Source: an uncultured Bacillus sp. (lineage in GTDB: Bacteria; Bacillota; Bacilli; ZCTH02-B2). Taken from it: a stretch of 64,000 nucleotides of DNA. The position numbers and the translations under genes were made by a program. Every line of letters begins with the position of its first letter. Positions within the stretch are counted from its first letter, which is position 1. This document shows positions 38,035 through 48,376 of the stretch, one piece after another. The notes below the pieces were generated by a model. It saw only the letters and a program-made list of their open reading frames with translations. It made no database searches and was not told the origin of the DNA. The stretch lies in NCBI GenBank assembly GCA_947085265.1, contig CAMTVR010000025.1, positions 9,948 to 73,947 of the forward strand. Reading direction: 5' to 3'.

Positions 38035-39117
38035 GTGTCTTTAGGATTGGGCGTGTTTATGATGCCTTCGCATCCTCCGGAGCGGAGCCTGTATGATGCG
38101 ACGCGTTGGAATTTGGATGTGATCCGGTGGGCTGATGAGCTGGGGTATCAGGAGGCGTGGATTGGCGAGCATTTTACGTCCCCCTGGGAGCCGATTCCCT
38201 CACCCGATTTGATCATCGCGCAGGCGCTGATGGAAACCAAACGCATCGTGCTGGCTCCCGGTGCGCATTTGTTACCCTATCATCATCCGGTTGAATTGGC
38301 TCACCGTGTGGCGTATCTGGACCACTTGGCGCAAGGGAGACTGATCTTCGGGATCGGGGCAGGGGGGCTGCCGAGCGACTGGTTATTATACAATGTGGAC
38401 GGAGTGTCTGGTGAGCATCGCAAGATGACGGCGGAAGCGCTGGAGATCATTCTCAAGTTGTGGACGGAAGAGGGGCCGTTTGAATTCCGGGGGAAATACT
38501 GGAGCATGAATAAAATCGGCGAGGTGCTCAACGGCGTGCTCAAACCCCACATCTATCCCTATCAAAAACCGCATCCGCCGATTGGCATTGCGGGGCTCAG
38601 TCCCGGCTCGGAAACATTGAAATTGGCCGGTGAACGTGGCTTCATTCCGTTGAGCTTCGGCGCCAACGATGAGTATATTGCCTCGCATTGGAACTCCGTG
38701 CTGGAAGGAGCAACACGTTCTGGCCGCACGCCAAACCGGAAAGATTGGCGAATTGCCAGAGAAGTATTTGTGGCTGAGACGGATAAGGAGGCGTGGGAGT
38801 GGTCCGTCGGTTCGATGATGGGCAGGCAGCATCGGGAATATTGGCTGCCATTGTTCGGCCAGTTGGGGGGATTTACATATTTTAAGCATGATCCCACCGT
38901 TCCGGATGATGCCGTCACGCCGGAGTACATGGCGGAAACCAGCTGGCTGATCGGTTCCCCGGAAACCGTGGCCAGGAAACTGCAAAACCTCTACGACACA
39001 GTGGGCGGTTTTGGCGCTCTCTTGATGGTGGTGTTTGATTACTCGGATGCGCCGGAAAAGTGGCGAAATTCCATGCGTCTGATGGTGGAAGAGGTTCTGC
39101 CGCGCCTGAAGGTGTAG
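38035..39117 (+). CDS. LLM-class (luciferase-like) flavin-dependent oxidoreductase
   Basis: VSLGLGVFMMPSHPP...WIGEHF N-terminus typical of the LLM family; GTG 38035 eight nt after AGGAGG. Confidence 0.75.
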   Translation: MSLGLGVFMMPSHPPERSLYDATRWNLDVIRWADELGYQEAWIGEHFTSPWEPIPSPDLIIAQALMETKRIVLAPGAHLLPYHHPVELAHRVAYLDHLAQGRLIFGIGAGGLPSDWLLYNVDGVSGEHRKMTAEALEIILKLWTEEGPFEFRGKYWSMNKIGEVLNGVLKPHIYPYQKPHPPIGIAGLSPGSETLKLAGERGFIPLSFGANDEYIASHWNSVLEGATRSGRTPNRKDWRIAREVFVAETDKEAWEWSVGSMMGRQHREYWLPLFGQLGGFTYFKHDPTVPDDAVTPEYMAETSWLIGSPETVARKLQNLYDTVGGFGALLMVVFDYSDAPEKWRNSMRLMVEEVLPRLKV

Positions 39118-39311
39118 CGCACGGAAACAGGAGAAGGCAGCCGAATCATTGAGAGCGTGCATATTTGACAATGTCCGTTCCAACTTTACATGGACCGTTT
39201 GCATGGTCCTTATTTTTTTGATGTGAAACGACATCGATGTGTTGTCAAAATAAAATCGTCATGAGATCATATGTATATAATTATCAAACAATAAAAGGGA
39301 GATGAACTGAG

Positions 39312-40154
39312 ATGGTTGAACGTCGTGCGCCGGTGCTCAACGGGTTTTTGGGTATTCTCTTGATTGCCGCGATGATCGTGATGGGTGTGCTTTCCTTTTT
39401 TGCTGGCCGTTTTATTCTGGGGGTTGTTCTGGTTCTGATTGGTGTGCTTGCGGTCACTGGAATTTTGATTGTACAGCCCAATCAGGCGGTGGTCCTCACT
39501 TTTTTCGGAAAATATCTGGGAAGCGTGCGCCAAAGCGGCCTCTGGTTGACGGTTCCTTTGGTGGCGCAGCGCCGGGTGTCCCTGCGGGTGCGCAACTTTA
39601 ACAGCAATAAGCTGAAAGTCAACGATATCGAGGGGAATCCCATCGAAATCGCGGCCGTCGTCGTCTTCCGCGTGGTGGACTCGGCGAAGGCCGTGTTTGA
39701 TGTGGATGATTACGAGGCGTTTGTGGAGATTCAGTCGGAGACAGCCTTGCGCCACATCGCAAGCATGTATCCGTATGACGCGTTTGACAGTGACCGGCTC
39801 TCTTTGCGCGCCAATACGGAAGAAATTGCCGCCGAGCTCAGCCAGAACTTGCAAGAACGTCTGGCTGTGGCGGGGGTTGAAGTGATGGAGGCCCGTCTGA
39901 CCCACCTGGCCTACGCGACGGAGATTGCGGCGGCGATGCTGCAGCGGCAACAGGCGGCGGCCATCGTGGCAGCCCGGCAGAAGGTGGTGGAGGGAGCGGT
40001 CGGCATGGTTCAGGAGGCGATTGAGCGGCTCCTGCAGGAAGGTGTGGTGGAATTGGACGAAGAGAAGAAAGCGACGATGATCAACAATCTCTTAGTTGCC
40101 ATTGTCTCGGATCGCGCCGCCCAACCGGTGATCAATACGGGGTCGATCTACTGA
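39312..40154 (+). CDS. SPFH domain / band 7 family membrane protein
   Basis: N-terminal TM then an SPFH core ([40 protein letters not shown]...) and a coiled-coil [11 protein letters not shown]. Confidence 0.8.
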   Translation: MVERRAPVLNGFLGILLIAAMIVMGVLSFFAGRFILGVVLVLIGVLAVTGILIVQPNQAVVLTFFGKYLGSVRQSGLWLTVPLVAQRRVSLRVRNFNSNKLKVNDIEGNPIEIAAVVVFRVVDSAKAVFDVDDYEAFVEIQSETALRHIASMYPYDAFDSDRLSLRANTEEIAAELSQNLQERLAVAGVEVMEARLTHLAYATEIAAAMLQRQQAAAIVAARQKVVEGAVGMVQEAIERLLQEGVVELDEEKKATMINNLLVAIVSDRAAQPVINTGSIY

Positions 40155-40170
40155 CGGTCGTGTGGCGCGT

Positions 40171-40335
40171 ATGGGCAAGAAAAAACAATTTCCCTTGCGG
40201 ATCGATGTCCGCTTGTATGAGGTGTTGGAACGGTGGGCGGCCGATGAATTCCGAAGTGTCAATGCACATATTGAGTACCTGCTGAAGGAGGCTGTAAAGC
40301 GGGCCAATCGATGGAAGGATGAGAAAGAAGACTGA
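40171..40335 (+). CDS. Arc-type ribbon-helix-helix DNA-binding protein (54 aa; below the ORF-track cutoff)
   Basis: [42 protein letters not shown] has the Arc/MetJ RHH pattern; ATG 17 nt after the SPFH stop. Confidence 0.55.
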   Translation: MGKKKQFPLRIDVRLYEVLERWAADEFRSVNAHIEYLLKEAVKRANRWKDEKED

Positions 40336-40760
40336 AACCGCGAAGAGGAGAGGGGATGTGATGTGGCCGGGAATCGTGATCCGTTCATTGATTCAACTGG
40401 CAGTGTTCGCTGTCGTTCCTTTTTTATCATTTGATCCGCCGGAAAAAATGGCGAGGGTTTCTCCGAGATCCGGTTTATCGATGCCATGACCGGCGAGCCG
40501 ATTCGGGAACGGAACAAGAGATGATCGTCGGCTTTTATTCTGGTTCGGTTTATTTTATGATTTAAATGAGCCTGGAAGTGCTTCATGTCTTGTCGGCGTG
40601 CACGTGCGGTTAGCAGGCGTTCGATTGATCAACGATTTTGCATAGACTGGGTGAACGTTCGATGTACAATCGAAGAATGCTGTGGATCTTGTTGATCCCA
40701 ATTCTGTTCTTGCTGGTTTTTGTCATTTCATTTGTCTTGCGCACGTAACGTTTTGGATAC

Positions 40761-40994
40761 ATGTCATGGAACTTTCCCGGCTGGCGGGATCAATTGGTGG
40801 CCAAACGGGTCTCCAAGCGCGCCACGGTCCAGGAAATCAAATGCATCGATGACCAGCGCCTGATGCCGGTGAAGTTCCACAGCATCCAGAACGCCTACTT
40901 TGCGGGGGACTGGTGTGAAGGCGAAGGGCAGCTGTCGGAGCTTTCTTTCAGTTCGGCGTACCACGTAACGGAGAAAATGATTAGAGGGGTGTGA
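40761..40994 (+). CDS. hypothetical small protein (77 aa)
   Basis: High GC3 content in this frame; no motif recognised; weak RBS. Confidence 0.35.
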   Translation: MSWNFPGWRDQLVAKRVSKRATVQEIKCIDDQRLMPVKFHSIQNAYFAGDWCEGEGQLSELSFSSAYHVTEKMIRGV

Positions 40995-41115
40995 GGTATG
41001 GCCTCCCCCCTTTTCTTTTTTCGAGCGACGAAAGTGTTAAAATAATGTTTACTGATTAGAATGAATATGTTAATTTTAAAATACGGACCAATTCACAGAA
41101 TGGGGAAATGCGGCA

Positions 41116-41589
41116 ATGATTGGCGAAACCTGTGTTGTCTCGGAAGAAGTGCTTACCCGGTATGGCGCGGACAAAAAAACGTTCGTCGAGCAGATGCGCG
41201 CCCGCATCAAGGACACCATCATCGGACTGCTGGATATTCAATTTGTTGAACTGTCTTTCGATCGCGTCGTGATGAAGATGCCCGTCGGCCCCAAGACCTG
41301 GCAGCCTGCAGGAATCCTGCATGGAGGGGCGTCGGTTGTGCTGGCGGAAACGGCGGCCTCGATTGCCACGGCCATCAACCTCGATCCGGAAAAGTTTACG
41401 GGCGTTGGCATGGAGATCAACGCCAATCATATCCGCAGCAAAAGGGACGGCGTTGTCACGGCCGTCGCCACGCCGTTACATAAGGGGCGGGCGACGATGG
41501 TGTGGGATATCAAGATAACGGATGAAGAGGGGAAACTGGTTTGCGTTTCTCGATGCACCATGGCCGTTGTCCCAAGAAGTCGTGCCTAG
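41116..41589 (+). CDS. hotdog-fold thioesterase (PaaI/YbdB family)
   Basis: ILHGGASVVLAETAASIA...GRATMVWDIKITDEEGKLVCVSRCT is the PaaI-type pattern. Confidence 0.75.
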   Translation: MIGETCVVSEEVLTRYGADKKTFVEQMRARIKDTIIGLLDIQFVELSFDRVVMKMPVGPKTWQPAGILHGGASVVLAETAASIATAINLDPEKFTGVGMEINANHIRSKRDGVVTAVATPLHKGRATMVWDIKITDEEGKLVCVSRCTMAVVPRSRA

Positions 41590-41647
41590 ACGCGGTGTTC
41601 GCGGAGTATCGGCTGCCTGTCCGGTTGCGGCTAGGATAGAGAGATAA

Positions 41648-43060
41648 GTGGTGAAGGCGATGGAAACGAATTCCTTTCGGGCAGGACTCGTCATCCCCCT
41701 GTGGGGCGTGATGGTTTGGGTCGTGCTGATGAACACGTCGATGTTCAACATCGTCCTGCCGAGCGTGATTGCAGACCTGCAAGTGACACCCGTGATCGGA
41801 TCGTGGATCATTACCGGGTATTCGGTGGTGCTGGCCGTTGCGACGATCACGTACAGCCGTCTGTCTGACTTTATCCCGATCCGTCACCTGCTCCTATTCG
41901 GAATGTCTCTGTTTGGCTTCGCTTCACTTATGGGTTACTTTGCCCATCATTTTTCGCTCCTCCTCGTTGCCCGCTTGCTGCAGGCGGCAGGTGCCGGCGC
42001 CTCCCAAGCCTTGGGCGTGGTTGTCGCTGCACGGTATATTCCGCTCTCCCGGCGGGGCAGGGCCATGTCCTGGATTGCGATCGGGGCTTCGATGGCTTTT
42101 TGCCTCGGCCCTGTGGTGGGTGGGATGTTGGCGCAATATGCCGGTTGGAATTACCTGTTTATCGTCAGCTGTATTGTCCTGATACTTCTGCCTTTCTTTT
42201 ATCGGAATTTGCCGCCCGAACAGCCGAAGCAGATCCGCTTTGATGTCTGGGGCGCTCTGCTGATGGCGATCGGCACCTCAGGGCTGCTCTTGTTTTTGAC
42301 CACACTAACTGAAACCGTTTACTCCTATGGGTTTCTCCTGCTCAGCAGTCTGGCCTATTTCTTGTTCTGGCGGCGTATTCAGGTGGTGAGCACGCCTTTC
42401 CTGCAGCCGGCTCTGTTCCGAAACAGAGATTATTTGAAAATTACATTTATGGCATTTGCCAATTTCGCGACACATTTTTCGACGCTGTTTTGCCTGCCGA
42501 TTCTCCTGGCGGCCCTGTTTGGCAAGGAGCCTGGCGCCATCGGATTGATCATCTTTCCTGGTGCCCTGATAGCGGCCATGGCTTCCATTTTCATCGGACG
42601 ATGGATCGATCGATTCGGTACGGTTCCGATCCTTTTGACCGCTCATGGCTTGCTTTTTGCTTCGATGCATTTCTTCGCCTGGGTGTCCGGAATCGATCCG
42701 CTTTACAGTATGCTGGCCTATATCTTGTTGGGAGTGGGCTTTTTTGCCTTGACGCCCAGCCTGTCCAACGAACTGACGCGCATTCTGCCGGGTGCGCAGG
42801 TGGGTGGCGGATTGGGCATGATGCAGATGACACAGTTTTTTGGCGGCGCGTTTGGCGTCGCGATGGCCGGGTTTCTCATTTCCCTGCAGGAGTCCCTTCC
42901 GCCAAAGCTTGTATACCGTAACATTTTTCTCTGTTTTTCGGTACTGGTCTTGTTCTCCGGCACGTTATTGGGATTGTACTTGCGCAGTAGAAGAAAGAAT
43001 TCCATGAACGCTCCAGAGACTGGTTTGAACGCTTCAGGTGCCGGTTTGTTCAACGAATGA
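41648..43060 (+). CDS. MFS transporter, 14-TMS drug:H+ antiporter (DHA2) type
   Basis: 14 predicted TM helices; MFS motif region RLSDFIPIRHLLLFG and an antiporter motif; start may be ATG 41660. Confidence 0.8.
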   Translation: MVKAMETNSFRAGLVIPLWGVMVWVVLMNTSMFNIVLPSVIADLQVTPVIGSWIITGYSVVLAVATITYSRLSDFIPIRHLLLFGMSLFGFASLMGYFAHHFSLLLVARLLQAAGAGASQALGVVVAARYIPLSRRGRAMSWIAIGASMAFCLGPVVGGMLAQYAGWNYLFIVSCIVLILLPFFYRNLPPEQPKQIRFDVWGALLMAIGTSGLLLFLTTLTETVYSYGFLLLSSLAYFLFWRRIQVVSTPFLQPALFRNRDYLKITFMAFANFATHFSTLFCLPILLAALFGKEPGAIGLIIFPGALIAAMASIFIGRWIDRFGTVPILLTAHGLLFASMHFFAWVSGIDPLYSMLAYILLGVGFFALTPSLSNELTRILPGAQVGGGLGMMQMTQFFGGAFGVAMAGFLISLQESLPPKLVYRNIFLCFSVLVLFSGTLLGLYLRSRRKNSMNAPETGLNASGAGLFNE

Positions 43061-43077
43061 CAGTATTCACTTCCCTT

Positions 43078-43935
43078 TCATATATCCCGCTTCCGAAAGG
43101 AAATGGCGGAGATGGTCAGGAATACCAGCACGTATAGGCAGGCGTAGACAGCCATCGCCAGACTGGGCGGGTGTTGGGAACCAAAGAGCGGGGCCGGCGG
43201 GATCGCAATCGGCACGGTCAGATGATTGCTCAGCGTGCTGACAGTCATCCGGTACATCGCATCGACTGGCAGGATCAGGCTGCTGAGGATGCCCAGCCGC
43301 TCCACGTCTAGGTTCTCAAGTTCAATTCCGATCTGCTCGATAAACCCGCCGATCAGGGAAAGTCCGTAAAGGATCATCATCACGACGCCGCTGCCCATAG
43401 GGGAAAGGCGGGTGCTCAGCGCCATGGTGACCGCCAGCAGGATGATCGGCTGGAGGGTAAAGGTCAGGGCGGAGGCGATGAGGTAGGGCGTTTCGAAACT
43501 CAGCAGCGTGCTGCCGCTCAGCCAGTGGTTCAGTCCGATGATGCTGAAAAAGAGCGCAAGCCCGTAGAGATAAAAGAGCGTAGCGTTGCCGAGAAACTTG
43601 CCGAACAGCACTTCCAGGCGCGAAATGGGCTTGCTCAGGATGCCGTACATCAGGCCGTTTTCAATTTCCCCCTGGATGCTGCCGACCGAAGAGAGGATGG
43701 CCAGAATGCCGGTGAGAAAGCTGGCAAAAAAGAGTCCGATGGTGAAGAAGAAGCTCATCTCATGGATGATCCCCGTATTGATGCCGGGATGGAGCATTTC
43801 CCCCCGCTCGCGATACACCAGGTGAAGGCCGTATCCGTAAAAGAGAAGAAATCCTCCTGTCATCAGCAGTAGCAGGAGAAAAATTCTTCGGTGTATCCCC
43901 TCGCTGATTGTCAATCGATAGATGACGTCCATCAT
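43078..43935 (-). CDS. ABC-2 family transporter permease
   Basis: 6-TM permease immediately downstream of the ABC ATPase in the sigma/anti-sigma operon. Confidence 0.7.
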   Translation of the reverse strand: MMDVIYRLTISEGIHRRIFLLLLLMTGGFLLFYGYGLHLVYRERGEMLHPGINTGIIHEMSFFFTIGLFFASFLTGILAILSSVGSIQGEIENGLMYGILSKPISRLEVLFGKFLGNATLFYLYGLALFFSIIGLNHWLSGSTLLSFETPYLIASALTFTLQPIILLAVTMALSTRLSPMGSGVVMMILYGLSLIGGFIEQIGIELENLDVERLGILSSLILPVDAMYRMTVSTLSNHLTVPIAIPPAPLFGSQHPPSLAMAVYACLYVLVFLTISAISFRKRDI

Positions 43936-43950
43936 CCAACCTCCCCGAGC

Positions 43951-44985
43951 CTAGAAACTAGAAAGATGTTGTTTGGCTTTTGATCCTGTTTCTTTTTCTT
44001 CAATCCAGTGAAAAAACAGTTCTTCTAAGGAGGGCTTTTCCACTTGGACCTCCTGAACGGCAAACCCTTCCGTCACCAGTCGCGCCACCCAATCGGCAAT
44101 CTCTTCGCGTGTTTGGAGCGCGATGCGCAATGTGACATCACTCTTCTCAGCTGGATGGCCAGCTTGGGACGGTTCAATGATCGTCACAGCCTCCCGCCAT
44201 TCCGGTTTTTGCTGTTGTAAGTGGTGTAGACGCTCCAGCTCGGTTTCTGTCCGGCTGAAGAGGCGGATACGCCCCATCAGGGTGCCGATCTGCAGTTGTT
44301 TCCATGTGCCTTGTACGATCACTTGGCCCCGATTGATGATCAGCAGCGCGTCACACACCGCCTCCACTTCGCTGAGCAGGTGGCTGTTTAAGAAGATGGT
44401 TTTGCCTTGCGCTTTTAGGTGAACCAGGAGATCGCGGATCTGGCGGCGGCCAATCGGATCGAGGGCGGACGTGGGTTCGTCCAGAAACAAAAGCTCCGGA
44501 TCGTTGATCAGGGCACAGCCAAGTCCGATCCGTTGCTGCATGCCTTTGCTGTAACTGGCAATCTTTTTCTTTTCCTGCCCGAGCATGCCGATCTGTTCGA
44601 GCACCATCGGGATGCGTTGGCGGATTTGACTTTCTGGCATGCGGTGCAGCTGCCCGTGGAGTTGGAGCAGGGCTTCGCCGGTCAGCCACGGATGATAACG
44701 GAAGAGTTCCGGCAGGTAGCCGATGTGCCGCAGGGCTTCCTTATCTCCGAGCGGCTTGCCGAGCACCTCGGCTTGCCCTGCGGTGGGGTGAAGGAAGCCC
44801 AGAAGCGTTTTCACCAGCGTGCTTTTGCCGGCGCCATTGGGTCCCAGGCAGCCGAATACTTGTCCTTTGCTGACAGTAAACGAGGCCTGGCGGAAACCGC
44901 CATGCCCTCGATAAGTTTTGCTCAATTGGTCGGTCCAGATGACGTTCACGAAAGGGTGCCCCTTTCTCAGTTGTTTTTCGGCCAC
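43951..44985 (-). CDS. ABC transporter ATP-binding protein (with a C-terminal extension)
   Basis: Walker A GPNGAGKST, signature YSKGMQQRIGLG, Walker B LLFLDEPTSALD; the start may be GTG 44948, which would remove the overlap with the anti-sigma gene. Confidence 0.85.
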   Translation of the reverse strand: MAEKQLRKGHPFVNVIWTDQLSKTYRGHGGFRQASFTVSKGQVFGCLGPNGAGKSTLVKTLLGFLHPTAGQAEVLGKPLGDKEALRHIGYLPELFRYHPWLTGEALLQLHGQLHRMPESQIRQRIPMVLEQIGMLGQEKKKIASYSKGMQQRIGLGCALINDPELLFLDEPTSALDPIGRRQIRDLLVHLKAQGKTIFLNSHLLSEVEAVCDALLIINRGQVIVQGTWKQLQIGTLMGRIRLFSRTETELERLHHLQQQKPEWREAVTIIEPSQAGHPAEKSDVTLRIALQTREEIADWVARLVTEGFAVQEVQVEKPSLEELFFHWIEEKETGSKAKQHLSSF

Positions 44986-46427
44986 TGGATACTGCGGGCC
45001 GCTTTCAGAAATTCCTCCCTTGACACTTCATACGCAGCAAATCGAATCAGCTTTCCGTCCGCAATCCAGGTCAGTTGATGATACCCGCGTTCGTCATCGC
45101 CGTTTGTGCGGTACAACGCCGAATGGCCTCCGAGATCCACTTTTTCTTCCCCCGCCTCTAACAACTCAGGCATCAGCATCGTGTTGGTGAAACGCTGGAT
45201 GTCGCTCAGCTGTTGCTTGACATCATAGGAGAGAAAGGGCAGGGAAGTCAATGATTCCTGGATCGTGTGCATATTCACCGCGGCAGAGGTTTCTATCTGC
45301 GGGAGATCGCGGACAGTCAGTTGATAGCTGGAGCGAATCATGGTCATGTCTCCTTGTTCCTCTTTTTGGGCCCACTGTACCTCATATCCGCCGGGGAAGG
45401 TGAAGAGGAAAGATTCGCCATCCAGTTCTGGCGGCAACACTTTGTCACCTCCCAACGCCTGAATGAGACGGTTGACGTTTTCCACGTTCAAAGTATAACG
45501 TATCTTGTCGGTGGTAAACTGATGAATTTCCTGTTCCAAGCCGTTGACGATTGAATCCGGCAGACTGGGGAGTGTTTTGGCGACGGTGGCAAATTGTTCC
45601 GGATTCTCATGTGGGTTGATGAACGTATGTTTCGAACGTTCCAGCACTTCTGCTGTGCCATAGTCGCGCAGATTGATATCGCCCACGCTGTTTTCCATTT
45701 GAAATGCGATTTGATTCAATTCTTCGACTGATATTTTTACGGTATCCAAATTTTCAACGCGAAAGACGTTTAACATATCAGCGGCAGCGCTGCGGATGCC
45801 GGGATTGGCCAGCAGTGCTCCGCCAAGCAGGATTGCGGCTGCCGTGACCGTCCATTTTTTCATTTGTCTCTTCCTTTCTTTGGAATTTTCTCGCTTTCTT
45901 GTCCCGTCTTTTTGCGTGGATAAGGTTCTTCGAGGTACGAATGACTTGGCTGGTGGAAGAGGATTCAGTCCTGTTGCCCCATGTGCCGTGAATGGTCTTT
46001 CTGATTCCTGTTTTTGTGGCTGGTCCATGCGTCCGACTAGGGTTTCCAGATCCAGAGTACTTTCCAAAGCAGTTCCCGAAGCATCAGCTTGATGTGTTTC
46101 TTGATGGATCCGCTTGAGAAATCGACGCCAGGCGGCATTCGTATCGATGGATTCAGTGAGACGCTTACCGGATGGATCCATTTCATTTGGACCGCCTTGT
46201 TCCCCAGAGTGGAAGTGGTTTTTTTGAAAGGTGAGCTCGTTCGGCAGACCGAGGTTGACACCTTGGAACCACTCATCCAGCTCGCGCAACTCTTCCAGGC
46301 GGAGCTGGCAGGAGGTACACCCAGAGAGGTGCAGTTTGATCTCCCGTTGTTTTTCGGCGTCCAACTGGTTGTCCAGAAATGCTTGCAACTGTCCGTCTTC
46401 GAGGCAGTGAGAGATGGAACGCGTCAC
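44967..46427 (-). CDS. anti-sigma factor: N-terminal zinc-finger (HxxxCxxC) domain, one TM, large extracytoplasmic domain
   Basis: HCLEDGQLQAFLDNQLDAEKQREIKLHLSGCTSCQ (zf-HC2), TM WTVTAAAILLGGALLA; ATGA overlap with the sigma gene. Confidence 0.7.
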   Translation of the reverse strand: MTRSISHCLEDGQLQAFLDNQLDAEKQREIKLHLSGCTSCQLRLEELRELDEWFQGVNLGLPNELTFQKNHFHSGEQGGPNEMDPSGKRLTESIDTNAAWRRFLKRIHQETHQADASGTALESTLDLETLVGRMDQPQKQESERPFTAHGATGLNPLPPAKSFVPRRTLSTQKDGTRKRENSKERKRQMKKWTVTAAAILLGGALLANPGIRSAAADMLNVFRVENLDTVKISVEELNQIAFQMENSVGDINLRDYGTAEVLERSKHTFINPHENPEQFATVAKTLPSLPDSIVNGLEQEIHQFTTDKIRYTLNVENVNRLIQALGGDKVLPPELDGESFLFTFPGGYEVQWAQKEEQGDMTMIRSSYQLTVRDLPQIETSAAVNMHTIQESLTSLPFLSYDVKQQLSDIQRFTNTMLMPELLEAGEEKVDLGGHSALYRTNGDDERGYHQLTWIADGKLIRFAAYEVSREEFLKAARSIQWPKNN

Positions 46428-47008
46428 GCCTGTTCCTCCTTTCGGTTGGCGAGATGGGCTTTTTTTAACCGGTTTTTGGCGCGGGAGAGGATGACGCCCA
46501 CGTAGTCTGCATTCACCTCCAGCGCTTGCGCGATTTCTTGGTAGGAGTAGCCTGCCGCCCGCAAGAGGAGAGACAGGTGATCCCGTTCCGGCAACTGGGC
46601 CAAAAGGTGGTGCCAGTACTGCACCGATTCCTTTTCCATGAGGTGCTCATCCGGTGTGGCTTGAATGCCAATCTGGGCTAGCCGGTGGGCTTCCAACTGT
46701 TGTTTTTCTTCGCGCCGGAGTCTGCTTTTTTCAGCGCGAAAGTAATTGCAGGCGGTGTTGCTGGCAGTTGTGTACAGCCAGGCCTTGAGGTTTCTCACCT
46801 GGTGGATGCCTGTGCGGTAAAGCTGGATGAACACTTCCTGCGCCAAGTCTTCCGCGGTTTCCCGATGTTGTACCAGGTAGTACAGGTGTTGCACAATGGA
46901 TGGGTACCAAGTTGTAAAGATGTCTTGAAACTCTTCGGTCAGGACCGATTGCTGTGAATGGATGTCCTGGGCCTGCGGGCCGTTCATCGCTGCGGCCAAT
47001 GTGGTCAC
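46424..47008 (-). CDS. ECF-type RNA polymerase sigma factor (sigma-70 family)
   Basis: Region 2 EVFIQLYRTGIHQVRNLKAWLYTTASNTACNYFR and region 4 LPERDHLSLLLRAAGYSYQEIAQAL; GTG 47008 after GGGGGG (the track start 47056 is less likely). Confidence 0.8.
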   Translation of the reverse strand: MTTLAAAMNGPQAQDIHSQQSVLTEEFQDIFTTWYPSIVQHLYYLVQHRETAEDLAQEVFIQLYRTGIHQVRNLKAWLYTTASNTACNYFRAEKSRLRREEKQQLEAHRLAQIGIQATPDEHLMEKESVQYWHHLLAQLPERDHLSLLLRAAGYSYQEIAQALEVNADYVGVILSRAKNRLKKAHLANRKEEQA

Positions 47009-47128
47009 CTCTTTCCCCCCTTCAGCGTTGCTTTCATGGATACAGACACGGGTCAAGGGGAAAATCTATCATGCGGGAACCAAAAATATGCGCAGGAGGA
47101 AGGTTTGTTGGCTTTAGAAAGCATTGCA

Positions 47129-47180
47129 AAAAGAGGAAAGCCTGTAGACTTGCTCCGCAGGGAACGAAAGTCTACAGGCT
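47129..47180 (-). terminator. rho-independent terminator of the FtsW-family gene
   Basis: 11-bp stem AGCCTGTAGACT / AGTCTACAGGCT with a T-run on the minus strand. Confidence 0.65.
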
Positions 47181-47199
47181 CAAGGGGTTGTTTGAATGA

Positions 47200-48372
47200 T
47201 CAGATTCTGGCGGTGCCTTGGCTTGCCGCTTTGCGGGCAGGCTGCCCCTGTGATTTCTCTTCCTTCAGCTTTCGCCGGTTGACCTCCCGGGAGATGCTGA
47301 GAATAATTCCGATCCCCATCAGACAGGCCAGCATCGAAGAGCCTCCGTAACTGATAAAGGGCAACGTCACACCCGAGATGGGGATGGCGCCGCTGACCCC
47401 GCCGATATTGACAAAGGTTTGGATGCCGATCATGCTGGCGATCCCGACACCGACCAGGGTGCAAAAGGTATCCCGCATTCGCAGACAGATAAAGAGAATG
47501 CGCCAGATCAACAGCAGGTAAAGAAAGAAAATGAAACACACCCCGATAAATCCCAACTCTTCCGCGATGACGGAGAAGATAAAGTCGTTGTGAGGATAAG
47601 GAAGATATTGGTATTTTTGAATGCTGCGCCCAAAACCGACGCCTGTGATGCCTCCGTGGCCAAAGGCGTACAGAGACTGAATCAGGTTGAAACCGGTCTC
47701 GTAAGGATCCTCCCATGGGTTGAGAAAGCTGGTCAAGCGGCCTATCACGTGTGGAAACGTCAGCGCGAAGATGCCGATGCCGAGCACGATGGGTGTCCCG
47801 ATGTAAAAGAGATGTTTGAGATTGGCACCGCCACTGATGATGACGCAAAGCGCCGTCCCGGTCAGAATCATGGCGGTTCCCAGATCTGGTTCTGCGGCAA
47901 TCAGCAGCGCAAAAATTGCGGTGACGAGAATGGCCGGCAGCAATCCTTTTTTAAAATCGCGAAACTGCTCGTCTTTTTTGCTGATCAGCGCAGCCAGGTA
48001 CAGAATGAGTCCAAGTTTGGCGAACTCTGAGGGTTGCATGCGAAAAGCATCTGTTCCAATCCAACTTCGGGCGCCGTTGACCTCGATTCCCAGTGACGGG
48101 ATCAGAACCAATGTTAAAAGCAGCAGGCTCCCCCCAGCAAGCCATACAGACCACTTTTGATATTTTTGGTAGGGGATGTTCATCAGTACGCTCATCGCGA
48201 AAAGTCCCAGTCCAATCCACATGGCTTGCCGGCGGGTAAAATACCACATGTCACCGTACTTCTGGATCGCAATGATGGAGCTGGCGCTAAAGACCATGAC
48301 AAAGCCAAAGCCAACTAACGCCAGCGTCATAAATAGCAGGAGAAAATCCGGATTGCCCCGTTTCGTTTGCAT
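47200..48372 (-). CDS. FtsW/RodA/SpoVE family peptidoglycan glycosyltransferase (SEDS protein)
   Basis: 10-TM SEDS protein; motifs EFAKLGLILYLA and PHNDFIFSVIAEELGFIGV. Confidence 0.85.
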   Translation of the reverse strand: MQTKRGNPDFLLLFMTLALVGFGFVMVFSASSIIAIQKYGDMWYFTRRQAMWIGLGLFAMSVLMNIPYQKYQKWSVWLAGGSLLLLTLVLIPSLGIEVNGARSWIGTDAFRMQPSEFAKLGLILYLAALISKKDEQFRDFKKGLLPAILVTAIFALLIAAEPDLGTAMILTGTALCVIISGGANLKHLFYIGTPIVLGIGIFALTFPHVIGRLTSFLNPWEDPYETGFNLIQSLYAFGHGGITGVGFGRSIQKYQYLPYPHNDFIFSVIAEELGFIGVCFIFFLYLLLIWRILFICLRMRDTFCTLVGVGIASMIGIQTFVNIGGVSGAIPISGVTLPFISYGGSSMLACLMGIGIILSISREVNRRKLKEEKSQGQPARKAASQGTARI

Positions 48373-48376
48373 TGGT

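Noticed and set aside
47057-47140. Canonical ECF autoregulatory promoter (TGAAAC-N16-CGTC) upstream of the intact ECF sigma gene
   Set aside because: Only a sigma-A-like TTGACC and a CGTGTC element are seen. No convincing AAC-N16-CGT spacing is present, so it is not called.
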